Source: Candidatus Peregrinibacteria bacterium HGW-Peregrinibacteria-1 (GTDB lineage: Bacteria; Patescibacteriota; Gracilibacteria; UBA1369; LOWO2-01-FULL-3). Taken from it: a stretch of DNA of 64,000 nucleotides. This document shows, piece after piece, positions 32,901 through 40,674 of the stretch; position 1 is the first letter of the stretch, and each line of letters starts with the position of its first letter. A program made the position numbers and the translations under genes. The stretch spans positions 371,332-435,331 of the forward strand of contig PGYE01000001.1 in NCBI GenBank assembly GCA_002839505.1, in the 5' to 3' direction. The notes beneath the pieces are model-generated. The model searched no databases and was not told the DNA's origin. It saw only the letters and a list, made by a program, of their open reading frames with translations.

Positions 32901-35900
32901 CTCTATCTGAAACCACCTCTACAAAACCACTCGCCGTAGAAACTAAACTCTTATTAATATCCAAAAGTTGCACCTCAAAAAGAATATCCTTATCACTACC
33001 CGCCACCGCTCCAACACTTGCCAGCCTCATCTCCTCACCCTCCAACTCAAAAACATCATAATTCATCACACTCAAAGAATTACCCACAGCACGAACGGCC
33101 ACGCTATTACTCCCCACACCACTCGCGCCGATAACCTTCAACACCGCGATACCACTGTTCCCGGCGCTCCTCACCTCAAACTCTTGCACCCCTCCTACCA
33201 CAAATTTCTCATCATTTCCGACAACTTCCAACACCGGATTATTAACACTTTGCTCAATATCTAACCTCACCGACTCATTTATATTCTTCTCAACCAATAA
33301 ATTATTACGATCAAAATAACTAAAACTCACCGTCACCTTATCTCGGCCATCCCCATTAATCACCGTTCTATCGACCTCTAGCTCCAAGCTTAATTCACTG
33401 GAATCAACATTGATATCGACACCCTCGCTAGATACACACGCCTCCAAATCATCGCCATCACAAGCCCCGATAAACCTCGGCGGCCTCGAAAAATAACTAA
33501 TAAAATCATAAACTTCCTGCAAAAACTCATCTAAATCCACAAAGCGATCATCATCTCCGTTACCATTGTTGTTACTACCACTTCCAACACCTGATCCCGC
33601 ATTATTCCCAGATGTAGAATTTTGATCAGCAGCATTGCCACCATCACCATCACTATCACCACTATCATTTTCCCCAACAGCAGTCACAGTCTCATTTTCC
33701 AAACTCAAAATCCCGGCCCCGTCATCAGCACTTTTATCGCGATTAAATCCAAGCTCAATCTGCTGATCATTGCCTTCAAACACCAAGTAAGCCGCCTCAT
33801 AACCAAGCCCTTGTTCATAACCTGAGTCCGCCGGAAACAGCGTCGAATCATTCACAAAGGCGTTTTCACTGCCACTTAAATAGCGTTTTAAGGCATATTC
33901 ATGTTTATCATCCAAGCTCAAACTCTTCCACATAATCGCATCTACCAGCTTACGCTCCTCAGCAACATCCAAATCAAAACCGCTTTCTGGCACATCAACC
34001 GCCCCCTTCACCACAGGAAGTAAATAATTATCATAAACTGCATCATAAATTTCCTTACAAACCCCTAAACTATTCGCCGGAACACTACAATCAGTTCTAC
34101 CCATACCATTCACCAACTTATAACTTCCCGGTAATCTCACCACTTCCCAAGCAAATTGATCCAGCAACACCATCAATTCCGCCTCATTATCAACATCAAA
34201 TAAATTTGGATAAACTATCTTGCTAAGCTCACCAGGAAAATAATGAACAGTACGATCCAATTTTGAAACAATATCATCCACATCTATATCATTATTGATT
34301 GGAGCAGGCTGAGGATATGCTGGCAGGGGAGTGAACTCACTCAAAAACGCCACATATCTCGGATTATCAATTGGCAAACTCTTCGCCCCCAAAGACTGTA
34401 CCTGCTTAGCAATCGTATCTGCAGTTGGCTCCTTATGCATCACCATACTCGATATCGATTTATCGACATTATTATCTGTTTTATAAGGATCCACAGTAAC
34501 CCTCAGTACCAAATCACTACCAAAATCATTACCGGGTAGCCCCGCCGGTATCACAAACTTAGAATTATTACTCAGCATCTTTCTCGCAATCTGATCCATA
34601 TCCCAACTTGGAATACCATAATCAGAATTTGCCTCATCAAAATCAATAAATTTTTGTTCGTACACGCCATCTTCATCGGCATCTCTCCATTCATAATCAC
34701 GAATACCATCATTATCGTTATCAATACCGTCCCACAAACCATAACGATCCGAAAACTCCTTCAGCGTCACAACGCGGCCGTTAACATTATTCACCACAAT
34801 ATCGCCAGCATCTCGGCCGCTCCACTCATCCCACACCCCTAACTCCGTAGCTGAAAACTCCGTTCTATTACCATAATCCCTCACAAAGAACCCTATGTTT
34901 CGCAAAAATTTGCCCCAAAAATCATCTCCTGATATCTCATATAAACGACTACCACCATAAGTACCTGAATCCAAAACATGTCTAAACGGATTTGCATCCT
35001 CATCCAATGGTCCCAGCCCACTCACCCCGCTATAACAAGCATTAATAATCAACTCATCAACATCCTCCAAGCTGCGCGCTTGATGACTTTCGACCCCGGG
35101 AATTTGAAATTGCAAAGCGCGCCCCCCATACCCATCATCTCCTACCCTCTCAGCAAACATCAGCTCCTCACTACCATCATAAACCGTCTTCAACGGCATC
35201 ACTGCCCCCCCGGCATCTTGCACCGGATAAGTCGCCACCGGATAAAAACAACGATCACTATTTTGTGCCGTATTTGCAAAATTACAACCCGCCTCCGGCC
35301 CATAACCATTCCCTGCATAACCACCTATCTGTGAATTCAAAGTAAAAATCGCCGCATCACTACGATTGGCATCATTAAAAAACACAATATCAATATCCTC
35401 TGGAAGAAAACGATTGTAATAAATGTCATCCAACACATCATCATTAAAACTATAGCCTTCATTATCAAACAAAATCAGCATCTGTGCATTTCCATTATCT
35501 GCAACCCCATCACGCCCTAGCGTAAAGCTAATCAAGGAGGTTTTAAGCTCACCATCTGAATAATACTCCACCTCAAAACGCGCCTGCGTCGAACGGATAT
35601 CAGCAGGATTACGACGCTTATCTGGCCTCAAGAACACCCTTTTAGGATCCTCCTTTACGCGCTCCCATCCGCCCTCTTTATTAACTTCACCCAACAACCT
35701 ATTTGCCTCCGCATAGAGATCATTTATTGCTCTCTCAAAGCGATAACTGCCATCAATTACCTTGCCGTTCACCCGAGTAATCACATCACCTTCATTCATC
35801 AACTCCTCAAAAATAGTCCGATAAGTAAATCGATATGGATTATCTATAAAAGCCGGCAAATTCTTTTTCAAATCATCCTCGATAATCTCACCGTGACTCA

Positions 35901-37512
35901 CAGCATCCTCGGTTATTGTCATAGCCTCCTCCGCCGTCAAAAGTCGCGTCGTCACACCGGCGGTCTGCACCGGCATCGAAGTGATCGGATTATCCGACCT
36001 CAAGGCTCTTGTCAAAATCGAATAATCTCCACCCACCGCCTGCGGATTGTAATTCAAATTCTCATCGTAATATTCACTCTTCGTCGAACCCAAATAGACA
36101 CTACATTGCTGCGCATTATAGAGAATATCGGCCTGTATCCCGTTTTTATAGTATTTTCCAGTCGCCTCATTTAGATACATAAATGGCAACCGCACCGATG
36201 TTGCCTCCTTTGGCATAGGCACAGTACCGTAATTCGCATCCCTTGAAGTATATTCCACTTTAAATTGCTGCACATTCCCCAAACTATTAACAAACTCTCC
36301 CGACAAACGACTACCTTTCAAAACCGGCAATCTACTTTCAATCTTGGAAATCATTCCATCTACCGCTTTTTCTAAAGCATCATTCACATTTTTCAGATAA
36401 GCTTTAGTATATTCATCTTTCACCCCGATCAACACCGGCACCGTATCAACCGGCATCGGATCATTTTGGCTAGGAAGATATCGACCGGTATTCGCCGCAA
36501 AATCATTCACTTCCGAAATATGACCTTTCACCACCTGATAATACGGAATCAAAAACTGATCAATAACATTTTTCGCATAAATATCCGGCATATCAGTCAT
36601 GCCCACATCTCCCAACTGACTCAAAAAGTTTTGTCCCGCCTCAGTTCCGCTCTCAAATTCCAAACCACTCATTACTTTTCCTGACAGCTCATTGGCCCAA
36701 AACTTATTAAATCTCATGTAAGCCAAATCCTCCCATTCCTCCAGATACTCCAGATAAAACTGTATTACATTTTCATTAATACTCTTTTCTTCATCAATAA
36801 AATCGGCATAAAACATCTTGCGCTCAAAATCCGCGTATTCCTCCACACCCTGATAGAACAGATGATTCTTATCAAAAAACTGCGCCAAACTCACCAATCC
36901 AGGATTTCCAGTCGCCGGCGCCGTAATCACACCATGCCAGACCTCCTGCTTGGGAAAAGAAACCGCACTATTATAAACAAAATCTTCCCCATCAATGATA
37001 TAAACCTGATCCACAAAGTCCACATATGGGAAAATACTAGCAAAACGATTTCCATTTTTATTAACCACCGGCAAAGGAATATCACCGATCAATACCACTC
37101 CCACCATATCGTAAGAATTGTTTTCACCCTCCACATAAATATTCTGAAGTGCCTTAGCCAACCCAATCACATCATCTCCTTCATTAAAAAACACTGTCCT
37201 CACCTCGGTCCCATCGTTACTATCTCTCAAATCCCACGCATAACGATCAATTCTTTGCGACATTCGTCTCTCACTCAACAAACTCGGATAACTGCTGCTC
37301 AATCCGCTAAAAACTCCGGAAGTTTCATACAAATCCCTATCAACCACCACCACAATCACATCATTCACAACATCCTCATTACCATCTCCAAAAGCCGCGA
37401 ATTGCACTGCCACAACCTCCGCAGAAGGTATCACAGCATTAACTACAACTGCCAAAAACAGCAACAAAACGAATTTTTCCTTCCCCCAATTTGCAAATTT
37501 CCTCCAAAACAT
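23944..37512 (-). CDS. Giant (~4,520 aa) SLH-anchored multidomain surface protein
   Basis: Uninterrupted ORF. Contains GVVLIGDIPLP (gingipain N-domain-like), EGDVITRVNG (PDZ-like), DxDxDG loops, Big/invasin-like Ig repeats, FG-GAP repeats (GDFNGNGFDDLLV, ADLNNDQCQDLVV), DUF11 (VGDTIRYLITLAN), FN3-like (VDLSWDAV) and SLH (FKPNDTISRAEATKV). ATG 37512 preferred because a TGcTATAAT -10 box (TATAAT 37532-37537) abuts GTG 37530. Confidence 0.85.
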   Translation of the reverse strand: MFWRKFANWGKEKFVLLLFLAVVVNAVIPSAEVVAVQFAAFGDGNEDVVNDVIVVVVDRDLYETSGVFSGLSSSYPSLLSERRMSQRIDRYAWDLRDSNDGTEVRTVFFNEGDDVIGLAKALQNIYVEGENNSYDMVGVVLIGDIPLPVVNKNGNRFASIFPYVDFVDQVYIIDGEDFVYNSAVSFPKQEVWHGVITAPATGNPGLVSLAQFFDKNHLFYQGVEEYADFERKMFYADFIDEEKSINENVIQFYLEYLEEWEDLAYMRFNKFWANELSGKVMSGLEFESGTEAGQNFLSQLGDVGMTDMPDIYAKNVIDQFLIPYYQVVKGHISEVNDFAANTGRYLPSQNDPMPVDTVPVLIGVKDEYTKAYLKNVNDALEKAVDGMISKIESRLPVLKGSRLSGEFVNSLGNVQQFKVEYTSRDANYGTVPMPKEATSVRLPFMYLNEATGKYYKNGIQADILYNAQQCSVYLGSTKSEYYDENLNYNPQAVGGDYSILTRALRSDNPITSMPVQTAGVTTRLLTAEEAMTITEDAVSHGEIIEDDLKKNLPAFIDNPYRFTYRTIFEELMNEGDVITRVNGKVIDGSYRFERAINDLYAEANRLLGEVNKEGGWERVKEDPKRVFLRPDKRRNPADIRSTQARFEVEYYSDGELKTSLISFTLGRDGVADNGNAQMLILFDNEGYSFNDDVLDDIYYNRFLPEDIDIVFFNDANRSDAAIFTLNSQIGGYAGNGYGPEAGCNFANTAQNSDRCFYPVATYPVQDAGGAVMPLKTVYDGSEELMFAERVGDDGYGGRALQFQIPGVESHQARSLEDVDELIINACYSGVSGLGPLDEDANPFRHVLDSGTYGGSRLYEISGDDFWGKFLRNIGFFVRDYGNRTEFSATELGVWDEWSGRDAGDIVVNNVNGRVVTLKEFSDRYGLWDGIDNDNDGIRDYEWRDADEDGVYEQKFIDFDEANSDYGIPSWDMDQIARKMLSNNSKFVIPAGLPGNDFGSDLVLRVTVDPYKTDNNVDKSISSMVMHKEPTADTIAKQVQSLGAKSLPIDNPRYVAFLSEFTPLPAYPQPAPINNDIDVDDIVSKLDRTVHYFPGELSKIVYPNLFDVDNEAELMVLLDQFAWEVVRLPGSYKLVNGMGRTDCSVPANSLGVCKEIYDAVYDNYLLPVVKGAVDVPESGFDLDVAEERKLVDAIMWKSLSLDDKHEYALKRYLSGSENAFVNDSTLFPADSGYEQGLGYEAAYLVFEGNDQQIELGFNRDKSADDGAGILSLENETVTAVGENDSGDSDGDGGNAADQNSTSGNNAGSGVGSGSNNNGNGDDDRFVDLDEFLQEVYDFISYFSRPPRFIGACDGDDLEACVSSEGVDINVDSSELSLELEVDRTVINGDGRDKVTVSFSYFDRNNLLVEKNINESVRLDIEQSVNNPVLEVVGNDEKFVVGGVQEFEVRSAGNSGIAVLKVIGASGVGSNSVAVRAVGNSLSVMNYDVFELEGEEMRLASVGAVAGSDKDILFEVQLLDINKSLVSTASGFVEVVSDRDNGVIFDQSIVAINNGRAVFRASAGTVAGNVNLKFKVLNTNGTVNLGYAELGKTFGVFANEASRVRVVSSSDLLVANGLSETKLQFVVEDRYGNVANNYFGKLSLFTNDLVRFKDSDDLNPSLIGTQININEGRGGATIVSGLTVGVGSVTAILLDYELEEQLVRANNNWSTINLSQAVGVAKSFDLVNKVDLSFDLSKEYLNSEGGDRLQIGVKMLHQGNVVDSYVGNIEFKVKNPELGGFLGNVPTRMVNGQLNPINLVFEAGLKSGMAEIEVNVPGFVRDRVRIDIKAGAPAAINISGPVTLESGREAMLEVVMVDKNDNFIGDGSGIVEFSVNNTEILGIVGDGRVTMINGKAMVGVRGLDRSGSVVVRAQSGQFEETYSLNVVNKISASEMGSIVPRVLYTSLLGSDWGSFGVKNNLAQQMLFADGGQVQAVSSVMERNDGAKNLLFLDGNGYLELIESGLVAETIISNSSFGHHRVKLMSASAGGGEIGEFTFVSDLNGGALVESMEEVDDILAERDISFVVFDMLTDDSALDWIVEGNNMSLKNGDELLIRVDAFGRIEIGNSKLTVSWLNDDGRFNLGFFHNGGLVGKLQFVESYQGVKVVDDLANINGAGVYFVRSDALNLDTKVTFSGNSTKNPKGVTIVDNSRSISADQMPGLGYDSPDDASNNSGAGFQGDNKHMLLFAAGNTVGESNQFYASEVGIVYGDPNIRLKVEEDTDLHGDLSGIGRDVGKLVATGNSKPLELLEFNYNGDDLMDALVIYENGNIGLLENKGGNRGFKDRGNILRAVGGIRSAVTGDFNGNGFDDLLVSTEEECTVGDKCLSLFENSNGVFVRSNFEPAVSGKVTELKVADLNNDQCQDLVVADEAANVRIFYNQKSGNRCLGLSENHGGSFNFGYQIDNQVEAKSSLFVFYPGVSVPEGATSLEIGILNNQGIRNNESFVNLPADGRLGLNSKKSVNDVNGGSVAVGDTIRYLITLANSGPAINNMVLSDLIPASMEIKPDSLKCLDVGCNDDLTFEATGLGLRSAVITNISVPSGGKRTISFDMVVRSIPAVSFDLGRDFVKNNGSRVGANDFYLDIRVRPSLNPTGALYYLMSDAGLNERGEVLYQLQEVAKESVLLADSELDEYQSIQDSYENDLNGDSGLSPDVISDLQAVTGGLYDNMFEDLDNDGCPDSWSNGPVGNSESFAAGLANDVEGMAASFRCSGGGCSPLPFNKAFFVPDGETPGVAVFALGTPTLLGFSFFYPSNQVSSVRFYVSPTLSMGLGTAICTGAPTPVGGVCYAFAIPPSVFGECPNFLEDISGEIANATNVNADPDSGLTTIVSDGNGGSGSVDNTVINGGGTFSDPAVPVSGGGSVNVKVPGFPSFLVDWYDAQTEEIFNKLLDLPDFYFIYPDFGGVIDDFTKDLSRVGDNIGDVSMFQSMNDILRALNGLPLINLKSKEIVVKIPAISYAEVEKYKRQVELWIKSQEAQLAKLPEFWLCDENDHRKVLCDRFTLKINDFIASMNLLMDKLDSLARLPNEILDLRHAQTKYATALISYLDTITEVTGGYINRQQKTVEAWLDAATEVTKTISDWSVLLNLMVDYQESCDECKNDRFSKLGILMEFFAVIPTPPIIQFPKWPDIVFDISQVKMGTEILWPDIVFLPEPIVLPSLPDINLSPDLPSLILQHQLSLPELDTRISLELEGFEVPDWITDFPEFTMPKLPDLPPLPIPELPDLPRPPKIPQLPEFVGDIAGTLGPIFKILCLLKTGMIPVPEIALGTEIETLTQPNIKAATSILKGLAVEMPGIEYDYVKQIRVEAKLDLGISTSAIFEAARAGIEEWNKTVYDLVNEINQETDVDLIDLFRSWGADDGGAEVLPENEEALSALNPITSAADVEKMLAGTVLENVYRDSVLISNVISNLVVENSVEITTPESYHLMGTSRYLSSDDPILQRSLEEIEYRIASENTNYEGELKEMAELRDNLIAYTKNLNSENLMLNGASIQDFGRILVDNNSDEKSLVANVGLNDVGERSMEISEVGGKLLGDDVGSELEDAGDKLRENWIAATTSTGGEASTDNTVSNSSSGNKGLYIAFGNSNESVLNYGDEVDGGLKTLFIDVDNDDDEDMLMIMGGDIYLKKSHKNSPDMKRGSVAVAGNVSDFSKGEPSINNFAVVYENHERVDLSWDAVKGVDYYELWIKDSLSGDYNLEDLYVVVASVEDVPDGFDAERVKVLANSERPSVSLNIDNGSYYARVMPITNGVQGNATTSILISPSECADKDAPLPALKSSNILLPIFTEGEIDASGAVDPSGEVVSYYLVDEDGREIWSDLNVNFDEDGDGIPDNDRTNPLFKVGPFDELERKNFTLHVVDQSGNSSKQEITVQVFVPEIEMNRIDYSDPAITGRLVPALGDFPLAFARDRLVYRSVGGELKAIVESNFVTTDSIGNDERYRTDSNGNFAVTDLDTSDLISVTNILGEVVVRVNPRTGAIDTLSNDIELVVNAATLPDGPLNIEIYENNTLLGTMYLVSDANTDVSLWSNVAFVGDLSSFRGVNVSDRKVGDGFVFTKIPADNASYPGGAVLNGPDGGKWSYIDTGGNVLLVNNELSLKVKNNNFTDDPLVLEMMRGDELIADIYIDTGGVFSFVGGDDVPYKTPQRPTQSLVEQAFNYQEKYDDFEDLDESLKSIVIDLSRKGIFEGEQVGDKFFVNANRDVSRAEFVKILLEMLCIIPGEDAYLPYASGEGYSDIAFSNDLSWYYPYIKEATKRGLVNGYAGEIDTLSGLNPFKPNDTISRAEATKVILEALEMQGIISLDGMRSVNAQVEAWYLGYMEVSVDLTDYSNVTAKGNFLLTSNERQRPNELISRGGMLIMATRVLDIYNCHDINDGDGMSNYCKLKYGISDPLGDEDGDGISNLDECLNGGNPLVPDVEPGRDVPLMPANPGEIGLFIVPAECLTCPCNNTWSYSADIRQGDNVYGLILSKSGVILRKSGVGR

Positions 37513-37627
37513 AATGAAAATTAATCTCACTATTATAGCATAAAACAGCCATCAAAGGCACCCATCAGAGTGATAAAAACACAAGAACCAATTGACAAAA
37601 ACCGCCACCGTTGTCTTGCTGAAAAAC

Positions 37628-38206
37628 CTAAGCTACGCCATCCACTTTCAACCTCCCATCCAACCACAGCAAACCCAATAAACCCGTCTCTCTCCCACTA
37701 ATATCACCATAATAAATATGATTTTCAAACTCCTCCCTGCTCATCTTCACCAACTTCAAAAACTCATCTTTCTCCGGTCCCATCCTGCCTGTCTCCTCAC
37801 AATCCAGAAGCAAGAAGTGATACCTAATCATTGTTGAATAAGGATCCGCATTCGTCTGCCCCAAAAACACTACTTTCCCCGCGCGATAGCCAGTTTCTTC
37901 CTCAAGCTCCTTCACCACAGTCTCCTCCGGAGTCAGATCCTCATCTATTATCCCACCAGGAAGCTCTTTTTTCACCACCTCCAACCCCACCCGAAACTCC
38001 TCCACCAGCAAAAACTCCCCCTCTTTCGTCACCGCCACGCATTTAACACCCTGCACATCACCCTTCACCTGAAATACCTCTTCCACGCCATCAGGCTTCA
38101 AAAACCGCTTCTCCCTTATCTTCACAAACATACCCTCAAACACCACCTCTTCCCCCACCTTTTGCCACGGTTCCATCTGCTCCCCATCTCGATAAAATAT
38201 ACCCAT
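37628..38206 (-). CDS. NUDIX hydrolase (ADP-ribose pyrophosphatase-like)
   Basis: Nudix box ELPGGIIDEDLTPEETVVKELEEETGY. Confidence 0.9.
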   Translation of the reverse strand: MGIFYRDGEQMEPWQKVGEEVVFEGMFVKIREKRFLKPDGVEEVFQVKGDVQGVKCVAVTKEGEFLLVEEFRVGLEVVKKELPGGIIDEDLTPEETVVKELEEETGYRAGKVVFLGQTNADPYSTMIRYHFLLLDCEETGRMGPEKDEFLKLVKMSREEFENHIYYGDISGRETGLLGLLWLDGRLKVDGVA

Positions 38207-38221
38207 ACGAAATTTATGAAA

Positions 38222-38749
38222 TTATCTTACAAATACCGCGTAACAATAATCATCACTACCATCCACCACCGCACTTTTCACATGAGGCTGCGCAATTAAG
38301 GTACTACAACTGGTATTGGCATTCGGTTTGTTTTCCAATCGTCCATATATTCCAAAAGAATAAAGGTTGCCGCCCCCCGGATTATATAAATAATTATAAG
38401 CTCCACCACTCGTACAATTTAAAGCGCCCACTTGCAACCCTACAAAATCATCACCCAAGGGATCAATCGGAATCAAACCCTCTCCAAAATAACTCCTCTC
38501 CACAGCCGTATCAAACACACCACCTCTTACCATACAGTAATTCGAAGTCTTATATGCCACACCCTCAAGCCTCATCTCCTCTAGTACCGTCGCCCACATC
38601 TCAATATCATTAATTCTTTTGGTATCACGAGATTTTGAGGGCGCATTCAGCAAGGTCGGCACCAAAAATAGCAACAATATCCCGATAACCACCGAAGATA
38701 TCAATATCTCGATCAGTGTAAAACCCCTCTTATTTGCAAAATCTTTCAT
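38222..38749 (-). CDS. Type IV pilin (prepilin cleavage motif)
   Basis: KRG|FTLIEILISS, SRDTKRINDI, four Cys. Confidence 0.9.
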   Translation of the reverse strand: MKDFANKRGFTLIEILISSVVIGILLLFLVPTLLNAPSKSRDTKRINDIEMWATVLEEMRLEGVAYKTSNYCMVRGGVFDTAVERSYFGEGLIPIDPLGDDFVGLQVGALNCTSGGAYNYLYNPGGGNLYSFGIYGRLENKPNANTSCSTLIAQPHVKSAVVDGSDDYCYAVFVR

Positions 38750-38759
38750 AACAATTTCA

Positions 38760-39290
38760 TTATTTGGCAGTCAATCCATAGCAAAACTTACCGGGAAAGT
38801 CCGGATCCAGATCAGCTTGAAAGCTAAATTCATCCAGCAGATCACAATCAATATTAGATTTATCTACCGTCTCCATCTTCGCATACACCGCAAAAGCCGG
38901 ACTTGTACCGGGTGGATTTGGATAATACATATACTCATTCTCACACACCACCGGATCCTCCGATGTTTCCGCTAACAATTGCCACGGATCATCTTCAATC
39001 GGATCTTTTGGAACCGTCCCCCTAAAATCAACCAAATAATCAGCCAAAGTAACATCATTTATACAAATAGCCTCACTCGGGTAATCCCGCCCCACCAAAG
39101 ACCCCTCATAAATCACATCCTTAATCCTCGCCACATCATTAATCCGCTTACTATCTCTCGTGCCAGGCCCCGCCTTAAAAAACACCGGCAAAAGAGTCGC
39201 CATCAGCACGCCTATAATACCAATCACCACCAGCATCTCCACCAGTGTAAACGCCCTCCCACTACGACTATTACTATTAGAATCGCACAT
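38760..39290 (-). CDS. Type IV pilin
   Basis: GRA|FTLVEMLVV, TRDSKRINDV, four Cys in the mature region. Confidence 0.9.
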   Translation of the reverse strand: MCDSNSNSRSGRAFTLVEMLVVIGIIGVLMATLLPVFFKAGPGTRDSKRINDVARIKDVIYEGSLVGRDYPSEAICINDVTLADYLVDFRGTVPKDPIEDDPWQLLAETSEDPVVCENEYMYYPNPPGTSPAFAVYAKMETVDKSNIDCDLLDEFSFQADLDPDFPGKFCYGLTAK

Positions 39291-39333
39291 CTTTTTATTT
39301 TACAATCTTACTTCCCCAATCTACCATAACCAC

Positions 39334-39367
39334 AAAAAAAGACCACCCATACGGGCGGTCTTTTTTA
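39334..39367 (-). terminator. Intrinsic terminator after the putative major pilin
   Basis: Minus strand GACCGCCC-gtat-GGGTGGTC followed by T7. Confidence 0.8.
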
Positions 39368-39403
39368 TATAAGACTTTTCAAACAGATCTATAGTAAATG
39401 ATA

Positions 39404-39964
39404 CTATAGAGATTGAAGGAGACCAAAACAGTTTCCTGAACCTGCTAGAGCATCTTCGGCATCAAGATCCCAAGGATCCACATTTGGATCACCTAGTGCT
39501 TCAAGAGTACATGCCATGTTACCGGCATCAGTATTTTCAACTGTAGAATACAAACCGAAATCATAAGTACCTGTTGCTCCTGGATCACTCAAGAAGAGGT
39601 AGGTACCAGCACAATCAAGTGTACCATCAGAAACTGTTCTTCCACTTGGGTCAGTAGGTAGAGTACCTCCTAAATCCGGAAGAAGAGGTTCCCATGCACC
39701 TTCACCTGGCTCCAAGATTCCACCTACAGCTGTAGCAGTAGGATCCAGACAAGCGTCTGCACCTGGAACTGGCACTCCCTGAAGACTTCCCGCTACCAAT
39801 ACTTTTTGGATACGGTTCAAGTCTGCAAGACGGGCTTGGTCACGAGCTTTACTCGGCGCTCCAAATACCGTTGGCAAGAAAGCCACGGCCAGGATACCGA
39901 TAATCAAAATCACGATAAGGAGCTCAATGAGCGTAAAACCTTTTGTGTTTTTATTTTTATTCAT
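39404..39964 (-). CDS. Type IV pilin, probable major pilin
   Basis: MNKNKNTKG|FTLIELLIV, ARDQARLADL; has its own promoter and terminator. Confidence 0.9.
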   Translation of the reverse strand: MNKNKNTKGFTLIELLIVILIIGILAVAFLPTVFGAPSKARDQARLADLNRIQKVLVAGSLQGVPVPGADACLDPTATAVGGILEPGEGAWEPLLPDLGGTLPTDPSGRTVSDGTLDCAGTYLFLSDPGATGTYDFGLYSTVENTDAGNMACTLEALGDPNVDPWDLDAEDALAGSGNCFGLLQSL

Positions 39965-40010
39965 AGATAAAAATTTGTTATAAAATTGTGAATTGATCAA
40001 TCACATGCAT

Positions 40011-40039
40011 ATTATAGTATAAAACGGTTTTTTAAGCAA
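40011..40039 (-). promoter_or_regulatory. sigma70-type promoter of the putative major pilin
   Basis: Minus strand TTGCTT-N17-TATAAT. Confidence 0.6.
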
Positions 40040-40083
40040 ATATTTTGCCAATTTAAATCTTTCAAGAAAGACCAAATATTATC

Positions 40084-40593
40084 TTACAACTTTTGCAAAA
40101 CACCGAAACACTCACCGGGACCATTATTAGTAATAGTATGAGTATCGGTTAATACGCCATCGGGACAAGCCATATTACCATTTTTAACGACCTCCATCCT
40201 TGCATATAAACCAAAATCATATCCAGTTGTTGGATTAACTACGAAAAGGTATTCACCGTCACACGCCAGTGTCTCATCAGGATCTTCAATGACCCAAGAA
40301 GTTTCCAGAGGATCAGAAGGGGCCAATCCTCCCATCATTGCCAAAGAAGCCATCTCAAAACTACCATTGTTAATACATTGACTCGTTAAAGGAACTGCTA
40401 TTCCATTTACATCACTAGCAATGATAATGTTTTGGATTTTGCGCAAGTCACTAACCCTGAGAGTATCCCGACTATTTCTTGGTTCTCCCAGCACCATTGG
40501 TATAAAGATCACAGCCAGCAAGCCAATAATCAGAATAACCATTAAGAGCTCAATAAGCGTAAAACCCTTGATATTAGTTTTTATTTTAAACAT
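40084..40593 (-). CDS. Type IV pilin
   Basis: IKG|FTLIELLMV, SRDTLRVSDL, four Cys. Confidence 0.9.
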   Translation of the reverse strand: MFKIKTNIKGFTLIELLMVILIIGLLAVIFIPMVLGEPRNSRDTLRVSDLRKIQNIIIASDVNGIAVPLTSQCINNGSFEMASLAMMGGLAPSDPLETSWVIEDPDETLACDGEYLFVVNPTTGYDFGLYARMEVVKNGNMACPDGVLTDTHTITNNGPGECFGVLQKL

Positions 40594-40674
40594 TTGGGGA
40601 ATTTAATAATTTCCACCCTATTAGACTACAATAAAAGAAATAACGCAAATAAAATTCCAAGCTATAATTGCTCA

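Noticed and set aside
24463-37524. Numerous 60-220 aa antisense or alternate-frame ORFs over the giant gene and other CDSs
   Set aside because: Shadow ORFs produced by strong strand and codon bias (His/Ile/Pro/Ser-rich, no motifs)
37513-37530. GTG start at 37530 for the giant gene
   Set aside because: An extended -10 box lies immediately upstream (TATAAT 37532-37537), so transcription would start downstream of that codon; ATG 37512 fits better
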